A stretch of DNA of 64,000 bases from Candidatus Dormiibacterota bacterium (GTDB taxonomy: Bacteria; Chloroflexota; Dormibacteria; Aeolococcales; Aeolococcaceae): NCBI GenBank assembly GCA_027365835.1, contig DAHXLU010000109.1, positions 1,135 through 65,134 of the forward strand, read 5' to 3'. Positions 56,637 to 64,000 of the stretch are shown one piece after another. A model generated the notes under the pieces. That model was given only the letters and a program-made list of their open reading frames with translations, did no database searches and was not told where the DNA came from. A program made the translations under genes and the position numbers. Each line of letters starts with the position of its first letter. Position 1 is the first letter of the stretch.

Positions 56637-59000
56637 ATGCAGCAGTCACTGGCATCGCGGCTCCTTCTGGGTGGATTGCTGCTCGCCTCATTAGTTATCG
56701 GCAGTATCAGCGCTTTTCTCATGATCAGTCGTGCCCAGCAGACTAATGCGGCCGCGGTGGGGACCGCGGACAATCGGGCACAGGTCGTACAACGGCTTCT
56801 GGGGAGCCTTGTTGCCTACCAGACCACCACCGAAGCTGCGGTGCTGGCGACGGACCCTACGATCATCAGTGTACTGGCACCTGTTGGCAATGTCTCCCCC
56901 GGAGCGACTCTGCTCTCGCATATACCCGCCACATCACTCGGCGGCTCCATGGTCGTCCTCATCGATAGCAACGGCGAAGTGGTGGCGAGCGACCCTGCAA
57001 GCCTTGGCACCCTCCATGTGGCCGGGGCGCCAGATATTCTCTCGGTACGTGATGCGCTCGCAGGCCGGGCTGTGGGTGGGGTGGAAATGGTGTCGGGGCA
57101 AGCGGCATATGATGCGGCATCTCCTGTCATGAAGGGGGGCAAGGTGGTAGGCGCAGTGCTTCTCGTATCCCCGCTGGCAGCTGAAATGGCGCGGTACGCT
57201 TCCCTTATCGGTTACCCATCGGCTTTCATACCGGCTGCCCCGCCTCGGCGGGTCGCTGTTTTTGGTGCAGACGGAGCCCAGACCACCAGCTTTCTGGCAC
57301 CAGCACTTGGCAGCGCACTGGCGCACGTCACCACCCGTCCAGTGCATGCGGTCTACCAGACACTGCTGTCAGGTAGCACCCAGCAGGTAGTGGGCAGCTT
57401 TTTGCCGGTGACTGTCCCGGGCAGCAAGCAGATTGCGGGGTACGTGGGAGTTGAGGTGCCGATGGCCCCATTTACTGCGGGAGAACGGGCCAACGAGATT
57501 ATGCTTGCACTGCTGGCCTGCGGTCTGCTCTTGCTCACTGCGCTTGCGATCATGCTGTTTGTGGACCGTGCCGTTCATGCGCCGATCGCAAAATTGGAGG
57601 CAGCCGTGCGCCGGATTGCGAACGGGGACTTGAGCACGCCCGTTCCGGTTACTACACGCGATGAGCTGGGAAATCTTGCGCAAAGCGTAAATACCATGCG
57701 CACGCAGCTTCAGCAGCAGCTTGCCCAGGTCGAAGCCTCGAACGAGCAGATCCAGAAGTCGGTAGATCAGCTGAGAGTTGTGTCCGAGACTCTGACCTCA
57801 ACTGTGGAAGGTGGCGAGGCTCTCATGGAGGGTATTGCCATTGCAGCTGCGCAGATTGCGGGTCCAGGTGCGCAGGCCTGGCTCGGACGCCAGACGGGAA
57901 AGTCCACGGAATGGCATGGAGATGGCCGGACAGACAAAGAGCCTGTACCTGGCGTACGCCAGGTTTTACACCACCTGCGCAAGGCACCTTCAGTCGTGCA
58001 GCTTGGCAGTGGGGAGCGGACGTTATTTGTTTTTCCTGTGCGCTTTCAGGGGCATCTCTGGGGATGCCTGGCCGTAGCACCACCTCCTGAAACTCAACGC
58101 CTTTCTGAAGCAGCGCAAAAAACCCTGAGTGTTCTTGCCAATAGTGCTGCCGTGGCGCTTGAGAACGCTCAGCTGTTTGATCTGCAGAGGGAAGCAGCTG
58201 AGCGGCTGCACGTGACTGACAGAATGAAGTCAGAGCTGCTCACTACTGTTCAGCATGAACTGCGCACACCGATTACAGTGCTGGTTGGTTATACCGACCT
58301 TCTGGAACTTTACTGGAGCAGATGGGATGAGGCGACAAAGGCAAAAGCTGTAGAAGAGATGCAGACAGCGAGCCGCAACCTGTACGAGATTGTCGAGACC
58401 ATAATTCACTTTGCACTTCTGGAGGGTGGTGCAGAGCTACATCCGGCCCACACTCCTGTGCTGCCTGCGGTGCGAAAGGCTATCTCAGAGGTCGCGGCCA
58501 GATGGAAAGGGAGCCTTCCCTGTACGGTCCAGGTTTATGGTGACGAGGAGATAAATGTGTGGGCCGACCGGGATGGCTTTAATCAGGTGCTGAAAGCTCT
58601 CGTCGACAATGCAGTCAAGTTCACACCCGCTGGTGGACTGGTGACAGTTACAGCTGGGCTAGACGGGGATGGAATGGCAAGAGTGAGTATTGCAGACAAT
58701 GGGATTGGAATTAATGAGGAAGCTATTTCACAGATTTTTGGAATTTTTTTTCAGCAGGAGGGCGGAGTAACGCGCCGCTTCGGAGGAACGGGAATGGGGC
58801 TGGCGCTGGTGGAGAGGCTGGTATCCCTGCATGGGGGCAGGATAGAAGTGGCAAGCACGCCAGCCGTGGGCAGCACTTTTACCGTGGTCTGGCCATCACA
58901 ACCGGTAGAGGCCGGTCAGGCTAAATCTTCTGCAGGGGTGGTGCATATTGCTGGAATCCCGGCGCTCCCTCACCAGGGCGGACGGCGCAGGACACACTGA
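56637..59000 (+). CDS. sensor histidine kinase (extracytoplasmic sensor domain, HAMP, GAF-like, HisKA, HATPase_c)
   Basis: Two TM helices flank a ~270-aa external domain. HAMP region (IAKLEAAVRRIANGDLSTPVPVTTRDELGNLAQSVNTM), H-box VQHELRTPIT, N/G boxes DNAVKFTPAGG, DNGIGI, GGTGMGLALV. No response regulator is adjacent. Confidence 0.9.
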   Translation: MQQSLASRLLLGGLLLASLVIGSISAFLMISRAQQTNAAAVGTADNRAQVVQRLLGSLVAYQTTTEAAVLATDPTIISVLAPVGNVSPGATLLSHIPATSLGGSMVVLIDSNGEVVASDPASLGTLHVAGAPDILSVRDALAGRAVGGVEMVSGQAAYDAASPVMKGGKVVGAVLLVSPLAAEMARYASLIGYPSAFIPAAPPRRVAVFGADGAQTTSFLAPALGSALAHVTTRPVHAVYQTLLSGSTQQVVGSFLPVTVPGSKQIAGYVGVEVPMAPFTAGERANEIMLALLACGLLLLTALAIMLFVDRAVHAPIAKLEAAVRRIANGDLSTPVPVTTRDELGNLAQSVNTMRTQLQQQLAQVEASNEQIQKSVDQLRVVSETLTSTVEGGEALMEGIAIAAAQIAGPGAQAWLGRQTGKSTEWHGDGRTDKEPVPGVRQVLHHLRKAPSVVQLGSGERTLFVFPVRFQGHLWGCLAVAPPPETQRLSEAAQKTLSVLANSAAVALENAQLFDLQREAAERLHVTDRMKSELLTTVQHELRTPITVLVGYTDLLELYWSRWDEATKAKAVEEMQTASRNLYEIVETIIHFALLEGGAELHPAHTPVLPAVRKAISEVAARWKGSLPCTVQVYGDEEINVWADRDGFNQVLKALVDNAVKFTPAGGLVTVTAGLDGDGMARVSIADNGIGINEEAISQIFGIFFQQEGGVTRRFGGTGMGLALVERLVSLHGGRIEVASTPAVGSTFTVVWPSQPVEAGQAKSSAGVVHIAGIPALPHQGGRRRTH

Positions 59001-59249
59001 CTGCTCGCCACTGCGCTTTTTGCTGTCTGGTGTACGCGGTACCTGGGTGGCACAGCCTGAGCTGGGGAGGAAAAAGGTGCGATGGATACTGGTTTCTCCC
59101 TGTGTTCTTGTTTTCCAAAGGGGGCGAAACGGGGGAGGATTGAACCCGACGCCAGGAGGTTTAGCGGCGGGACTCGGTGAGCTGTAAAGCATTGGCATGC
59201 AGCCGCAATGCAGGTGGGGGGGCGCGGCCGCGGCCAACTGCAGGCGGTA

Positions 59250-59290
59250 TTGCCGCATTGTTGTCTTGCCACACTGTCTTGCCGCATTGT
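59250..59290 (+). repeat. three direct copies of a 12-mer TTGCC(G/A)CA(T/C)TGT upstream of tRNA-Asn
   Basis: TTGCCGCATTGT 59250-59261, TTGCCACACTGT 59266-59277, TTGCCGCATTGT 59279-59290. Confidence 0.8.
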
Positions 59291-59315
59291 CCGCGGGCTG
59301 GCCTGGGAATAGGCA

Positions 59316-59321
59316 TATAAT
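59316..59321 (+). promoter_or_regulatory. candidate -10 element (TATAAT) for tRNA-Asn
   Basis: A perfect TATAAT ends 10 nt before the mature tRNA 5' end. There is no good -35 hexamer at 17-bp spacing. Confidence 0.35.
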
Positions 59322-59331
59322 GTGCCGACAA

Positions 59332-59406
59332 TCCGGGTTAGCTCAGCGGTAGAGCAGGCGGCTGTTAACCGCAAGGTCACTGGTTCGAATCCAGTACCCG
59401 GAGCCA
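59332..59406 (+). tRNA. tRNA-Asn (anticodon GTT), CCA encoded
   Basis: TCCGGGTTAGCTCAGCGGTAGAGCAGGCGGCTGTTAACCGCAAGGTCACTGGTTCGAATCCAGTACCCGGAGCCA. U1:A72, anticodon loop CT-GTT-AA, discriminator G. Confidence 0.95.
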
Positions 59407-59461
59407 TCCATGGTCGCAGATGAGGATCTGACATGATGGTTCTTTTGGGCAGACGGGCCAA

Positions 59462-60745
59462 ATGGATCACGGCACCGTACCTGGTGCAATGGCCCCTGGC
59501 AAAAGGCGCCCGATGAACGCCCCTGCCAGCTTTGCTCTTGGAAAGAGCCGTTCTGTGGGGGCGGCCAACATCCTGTTTCCTGCGGATCTGGCGCGCCATG
59601 CCCTCATTCTGGGCAACACCGGCTCCGGCAAGACAGTGACGACCGAGCGCATTGTCCACGGCGCCCTTGCAGCAGGAGCCCCGGTTGTAATTGTGGATGG
59701 GAAAGGAGGGCGCCTTGAGCGCACGGCCAGGGCCCTTGCCACCCTGCATCAGCTGCCTTTCCGGAGCGCACTTGGCCTCTCTCCCAACTCGCTTGGCTAC
59801 AATCCGTGCCGCATCGGCGAGCCAGCCCAGGTAGCGGACAAGCTGGTCTCCTCATTTACCTTTGATCCAGCAGGGGAGATCTATCGCCAGGTGGCCCAGG
59901 AGGCGATTTCAGTCCTCGTTACTGCTATGCGCCTGGCAGGAATCAGGGTCACGATGCGGTCACTGGCAGACGCTCTGGACCCATCTGCCATGCGTGGCCT
60001 GGCAGAGAGGGTAGCGATCCAGGATGCTGACCTGGCCCGTGAACTGAGAGGGCTTTCCAGCAGGGGGAATCCCAGCTCCACGGCCTATCTCGGGATGCGT
60101 GCACGCCTCGGGAGCGTGGTGCGGGGCGTTTTCGGACCAGCGCTGGAGCGGGGCCCCTCCTTGCGGATTTCGGCCGCACTGAAGGATAGGTCAGTTACTC
60201 ATATCTCCCTTCCTGCCATGGCAAGCACTGGGGATGTGTCTGTCATGGCGCGCATCCTCATCCAGGACCTGAAGCAGGCTGCCTGCCTTAGGCTCGGGGC
60301 GCAGGATCTTCCCCCAGCGGTGGTCGTGCTGGACGAGTTTGCAGCACTCGGTGACCCCACCCAGATGGTGGACCTGCTTCGGCAATCCAGGGAGGCGCAG
60401 ATTTCAATCGTGGTGGCATCCCAGCAACTGCCCGAAAACGTGGACCTGAGGGGCAGTTTGCTTTCCAGCGGGCTGGTGATATGCCATCAGGTGACAGGTG
60501 CTGATGCAGAGACAATGAGCGCCAGGTTTGGCACACGTCCGGACATTGTGGTCTCCAGGACCCTGGACCCCGCCCGGAGGGGCAAGGTGGCAGGCACCTC
60601 CATTCGCCGCAGCGAGCGGCCAGAGATTTCAGCAAGCGAGCTTATGCACCTCCCTACCGGAAGGGCTGCTGTAGTCTGGAATACATCCGGACACCGGGTT
60701 GCAATCGTGGATATTGAGCCCCTGACTGCACGGGGAGTTGCCTGA
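59462..60745 (+). CDS. soluble P-loop NTPase of the TraD/TraG/VirD4 - HerA/FtsK kind (T4CP-like, no TM helices)
   Basis: Walker A LILGNTGSGKTV and Walker B VVVLDEFAALGDP, followed by QSREAQISIVVASQ. No hydrophobic N-terminus. The stop overlaps the next start. Confidence 0.8.
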   Translation: MDHGTVPGAMAPGKRRPMNAPASFALGKSRSVGAANILFPADLARHALILGNTGSGKTVTTERIVHGALAAGAPVVIVDGKGGRLERTARALATLHQLPFRSALGLSPNSLGYNPCRIGEPAQVADKLVSSFTFDPAGEIYRQVAQEAISVLVTAMRLAGIRVTMRSLADALDPSAMRGLAERVAIQDADLARELRGLSSRGNPSSTAYLGMRARLGSVVRGVFGPALERGPSLRISAALKDRSVTHISLPAMASTGDVSVMARILIQDLKQAACLRLGAQDLPPAVVVLDEFAALGDPTQMVDLLRQSREAQISIVVASQQLPENVDLRGSLLSSGLVICHQVTGADAETMSARFGTRPDIVVSRTLDPARRGKVAGTSIRRSERPEISASELMHLPTGRAAVVWNTSGHRVAIVDIEPLTARGVA

Positions 60746-61977
60746 TGCCAGAGGATCTGCCGCTGCCTGGTGCGGAGCCAGGGCTGCCGACCCCGTCCCA
60801 GCTCGCGGCGGAAACAGAGGGCCTGGCCCACCGCAGGAAAAAGGCGGGCCCGGCACCCGACGCTGCGCTGCCTGCTGCTGCAGATCGCCCGGGGGATGGA
60901 GCACACGATGGCCATGAGCACGACCCTTCTGGCACGACCAGGAAGCGAGAGGCGGCTACAGGGTTTGACGAAAGAGATGTGCCTCACAACCGCACCCAGG
61001 CTGCAGCCGGCCCTACCGTGCTTGATGCCCTTGGCCGGTATCTGCTCCCGTTGACAGTTGCTGTCGTGTGTAGTTGGGGCTTTGTCTGGGTGGCTGCCAT
61101 CTTTGCAGGCATAGGAGCTGTTGTTGGCGCGATCGCGGGTTTCCTGGCAACGACATCAGGGAGCGCTGCCATTCCCGTGTTTGGAACGTCTCTGGATCTT
61201 TCCAGCGCCATGCTCGGTGTCCTTCTTGGCATTCTTGGGGGAGCCCTCGATGGATTTATGCTCGCCTATGCTGGCAGCCCGCTCGGAATGCTGGATCGTC
61301 TGATAGGGATGGCTCTGCTGGGTGTGGTAGTGACAGCCATACTTGCCTGGCTGCTCATCTTTTTTGAGGCTGAAATCTGCCGCCTGCTTGGTTATCGCAG
61401 GGTCAGCAGCCGGGAGCGGGAGCGGCTGCGGGCTGCACTCGACCTCTCTGGTCTTGGGCATGAGGAAGGACCAGCTCTGCGTATAGCCGACAGCGGGATG
61501 CCTTTTGCCAGAACGCTGGGAAACTCCATAGTGCTTTCTTCCGGGCTGCTGCAGCTGCTCCCGGATGAGGAGCTGGCAGCGATACTGTCCCACGAGCTGA
61601 TGCACCACCGCTCCTCGGATGGGCTTGCATGGAGGATGCTCCTGGCAGCGATGCTGCCCCTTGTGGCCCTGGAATGGGTGCGGGAGCGAGCCATGCGGGC
61701 TGGAGGCACCGTTGGTGCCATGGTTTCGCTGGCGCTCTGTCCTGTCCTGGCTGTAACCCATGGACTGGTGCTGCCTGTGTTTGCGCGGGTTTCCCGGGCA
61801 GCTGAGTACCAGGCGGATGCGGGTGTGGCTGCGGCGGGCCTCGGCGACCCACTGGTTGCTGCACTGTCGCGCCTTGCAGAATTTGAGGATCCAGGCTCTG
61901 GATTTGGACATGCCCTGGCAGCAACCCATCCCCCGGTTGAGTTGCGGATTGACGCACTCCTGACTGGTAGCCCCTAG
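60745..61977 (+). CDS. M48-family (HtpX-like) zinc metalloprotease, polytopic membrane protein
   Basis: The ATG shares one base with the upstream TGA (TGATG 60743-60747). A ~100-aa charged, disordered N-terminus, several TM helices, the HExxH site LSHELMHHRSSD, and a downstream EYQADAG glutamate region. Confidence 0.85.
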   Translation: MPEDLPLPGAEPGLPTPSQLAAETEGLAHRRKKAGPAPDAALPAAADRPGDGAHDGHEHDPSGTTRKREAATGFDERDVPHNRTQAAAGPTVLDALGRYLLPLTVAVVCSWGFVWVAAIFAGIGAVVGAIAGFLATTSGSAAIPVFGTSLDLSSAMLGVLLGILGGALDGFMLAYAGSPLGMLDRLIGMALLGVVVTAILAWLLIFFEAEICRLLGYRRVSSRERERLRAALDLSGLGHEEGPALRIADSGMPFARTLGNSIVLSSGLLQLLPDEELAAILSHELMHHRSSDGLAWRMLLAAMLPLVALEWVRERAMRAGGTVGAMVSLALCPVLAVTHGLVLPVFARVSRAAEYQADAGVAAAGLGDPLVAALSRLAEFEDPGSGFGHALAATHPPVELRIDALLTGSP

Positions 61978-62181
61978 CCTGGCAGGCCAGCTGCGGGCAG
62001 ACGTTGCAGAGTCTCCGCCCAGGGCTGCAGGCGGTTTCTGCCCACCCAGGGGGGCTTACCTGGGTAGTGTGGGAGTGGCCGGTCGGCAACATTTGTACGC
62101 TTTTTGGGCACAAGTGGCAGACAACCCGGTAATATGGCGACCAAGTGGTCCACCGGTTGTCACAGCATTGAGGTATTTTTC

Positions 62182-63213
62182 ATGACCGATACACCACCCG
62201 AGATGTACAGAACCAGCGGGCAGCTGTCCGAAGAGGCTGGTACAGAAGGGTATTTCGAGCAATCTGGCACGGTAGCAACAGCAGAGGACGTGGCCTTCCA
62301 GGACACAGTCCAGGAATCTACAGCCACCCCAGCCGCTCCTGCCGCACACAGCGGTGGTACTGCGGACAGGCAGGAGGAGCTGGAACCGCCGGTATGGTCC
62401 AGGGGCTGGGCTGAGCCAGCAGAGGACAGCTCTGGCGTCTCCCCTGACGCAGAAAACGATGGCACTTCCACCGGTACCGTACAGGACAGCCTGGCGGCAG
62501 AGGATCGTTTCCAGAGCACCAGCCCAGGCATAGGTGAGGCAAGCCGGACCGCCGAGGGGGGGGAACCAGACCTGGAGTTGCCATCAGTGGCAGTCTCCTT
62601 TGGGGACCTGCCGAGTCCGCGCTGGGCGGCATCCATGCCCAATTTTGGCCCATGTGGCAAACATCGTCGGCCATGGCTCGCAGTTCTGCTGTCTGTCTTC
62701 ACTCTCGGGATTTACAGTCTCTACTGGTACGGCAGGATTAACTCGGAAATGCGTGAGTTTGACCCGAGGATGGTGGTTCACCCTGGTCGTGCGCGCGCAG
62801 CCATACTCTTGCCGTGGCTAGCTACATGGGTGGCTGCTGCGGCTGCAGCAGACCGGCTTCTCGCCACCCATTCCATCCCAGGCATTGCACCAGTGGCAGC
62901 GCTTGCATCGGCACCCTATGTCCATATGTCTGCGCTTCTGGCTGTGGCGATGCTGGTCAGCCCCCTCCTGCTGGGCTATGTCATTCTTCTGGTCCCCTTC
63001 TCGGTGGTTGGGGCGACGATGACACTTGAGCGCATCCGCATTGTTGAGGACCGTGTGGGTACTCCAACAGACCTTCAGCTATCACCCAGCAGCTCCATCA
63101 ACCGGCTCCTGATCCCGGTGTTTGGTGGGCTCTCCCTGATCACGCTGCAGCAGAGACGCCTGAATGCTGTATGGTCGACAGCAGACGAACTGGAAGTAAG
63201 CATATTCCGGTAA
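62182..63213 (+). CDS. DUF4234-like membrane protein with acidic disordered N-terminal half
   Basis: ORF 62104..63213. ATG 62182 has GAGG 8 nt upstream. The membrane half begins RPWLAVLLSVFTLGIYSLYWYGRINSEMREF, a DUF4234-type signature as I recall it. Confidence 0.7.
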   Translation: MTDTPPEMYRTSGQLSEEAGTEGYFEQSGTVATAEDVAFQDTVQESTATPAAPAAHSGGTADRQEELEPPVWSRGWAEPAEDSSGVSPDAENDGTSTGTVQDSLAAEDRFQSTSPGIGEASRTAEGGEPDLELPSVAVSFGDLPSPRWAASMPNFGPCGKHRRPWLAVLLSVFTLGIYSLYWYGRINSEMREFDPRMVVHPGRARAAILLPWLATWVAAAAAADRLLATHSIPGIAPVAALASAPYVHMSALLAVAMLVSPLLLGYVILLVPFSVVGATMTLERIRIVEDRVGTPTDLQLSPSSSINRLLIPVFGGLSLITLQQRRLNAVWSTADELEVSIFR

Positions 63214-63241
63214 TCATCGGCCAGCTGAAGGGGTAGTTCTG

Positions 63242-64000
63242 GTGCCACACCTGATCGCATGCATCTCTGGCAAGGGAGGGGTTGGAAAGACAACCACCTG
63301 CTCCTCCCTGGCCGGAGCGCTCGCCCAGCAGGGTCAGCGGGTTCTGGTGGTGGACATGGATCCGCAGTCCAACCTGACCTCTGGCCTGAAGGTGGATCCC
63401 TATGCGCTCGACAGCAGCGTAACCACGCTTCTTATTGATCCTGACCAGCTGCCCTCCGAGGTTATGCTGCATACCGCCTGGGAGCGGCTCGACCTGTTGC
63501 CTGCAACGCCTGAGATGTCGGCAGTCGAGGGGGAGCTGGGGATGAGCCTGAACCGGGAGTTTGCCCTGCGCGATGCACTGGCTCGTGAGCCCTTTCTGGA
63601 GCGGTACGACTACGTCTTCTTTGACACCCCTCCCAACTTTGGATTTCATACCATAAACGTGCTGGCTGCAACTGAGTACATTCTTGTTCCCGTGCAGATG
63701 TCAGGCTATGCGATAAAGGGCCTCAAGGAGTTATTGCGCACCGTACATCTGGCACGGCAGCAGCTGAATCCGTCACTCGCGATCCTTGGGCTTCTTGCCA
63801 CATTTGTAAATAACCGCACTACGTTCAGCCGGGATATGCTTGCTGGCCTCCGGCAGATTCCCAATCTGCGTGTTTTTGAGACAGTCATCTCAGTCACCGT
63901 GAAGTTGCAGGAGACAGCGCTGGCTGCAGAGCCAATCACCTACTATGCCCCATCATCGCTTGCATCCCATGCGTATAGGGCATTGGCGGAAGAGGTGCTC
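63242..64000 (+). CDS. parA: ParA/Soj-family ATPase (3' end outside the window)
   Basis: Not in the ORF track because no stop lies inside the window. GTG 63242 opens 253 codons to the window end: VPHLIACISGKGGVGKTTTCSSLAGALAQQGQRVLVVDMDPQSNLT...YDYVFFDTPPN... Confidence 0.9.
   Translation, partial: MPHLIACISGKGGVGKTTTCSSLAGALAQQGQRVLVVDMDPQSNLTSGLKVDPYALDSSVTTLLIDPDQLPSEVMLHTAWERLDLLPATPEMSAVEGELGMSLNREFALRDALAREPFLERYDYVFFDTPPNFGFHTINVLAATEYILVPVQMSGYAIKGLKELLRTVHLARQQLNPSLAILGLLATFVNNRTTFSRDMLAGLRQIPNLRVFETVISVTVKLQETALAAEPITYYAPSSLASHAYRALAEEVL

Noticed and set aside
58970-59749. 259-aa minus-strand ORF spanning the kinase 3' end, tRNA-Asn and the ATPase 5' end
   Set aside because: It runs antisense through a well-folded tRNA gene and two motif-supported + strand genes. 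Its composition is Arg/Pro/Ala-rich, typical of out-of-frame high-GC ORFs.

Overview
This is a 64-kb chromosomal window from a high-GC bacterium. Several features point to a monoderm (Gram-positive-type) cell envelope: MurT/GatD, an L,D-transpeptidase lipoprotein, an LPXTG-like sorting signal, and glmU-prs, recO-glyQS and dnaG-rpoD synteny. The lineage looks Actinobacteria- or Chloroflexi-like, but I cannot assign it from sequence alone.

I support about 55 protein-coding genes and 3 tRNAs: Ala-GGC, Gln-TTG and Asn-GTT. I found no rRNA, CRISPR array, transposase, integrase or prophage genes. GTG/TTG starts and 1-8 nt start/stop overlaps are common. Most long ORFs on the opposite strand of real genes are high-GC artefacts.

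The housekeeping backbone is almost all on the + strand:
- enoyl-CoA hydratase coupled to a membrane Fe-S oxidoreductase (EtfD/HdrD-like)
- cysH divergent from cysD-cysN
- holA and rpsT, ispE, murT-gatD
- ferredoxin-NADP reductase, ROK kinase, aldo/keto reductase
- glmU-prs, a CNNM/CorC transporter, recO, glyQS
- ppdK, dnaG-rpoD

Accessory or unusual segments, most interesting first:
1. 59.3-64.0 kb. Immediately 3' of tRNA-Asn lies a TM-less TraD/VirD4/HerA-like P-loop ATPase. It is translationally coupled to a polytopic M48 zinc protease, followed by a DUF4234-like membrane protein and a ParA ATPase. I do not recognise this as a described system.
2. 4.6-7.35 kb. A frameshifted LRV/HEAT-like repeat gene is followed by a tandem triplication of an unrecognised ~185-aa family.
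3. 33.6-43.0 kb. A mixed-strand islet is inserted between glyQS and ppdK-dnaG-rpoD. It carries an orphan beta-class DNA methyltransferase, a DrrAB-like ABC exporter, a small Cys-rich protein, an unknown 371-aa protein, a DUF4143 AAA ATPase, a perfect (TC)19 microsatellite in a divergent promoter region, a cytosolic papain-like peptidase and a GNAT.
4. 52-59 kb. A sortase-type surface protein with an internal duplication, a Pro/Ser/Thr-rich anchored protein and an orphan sensor kinase.

Smaller oddities:
- an APS-reductase-type CysH that lacks one of the four Fe-S cysteines
- an S20 with a ~65-aa basic tail
- a beta-helix/five-blade repeat protein whose first and last blades differ only by synonymous changes

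All functional calls come from motif recognition by eye. No database search was run.
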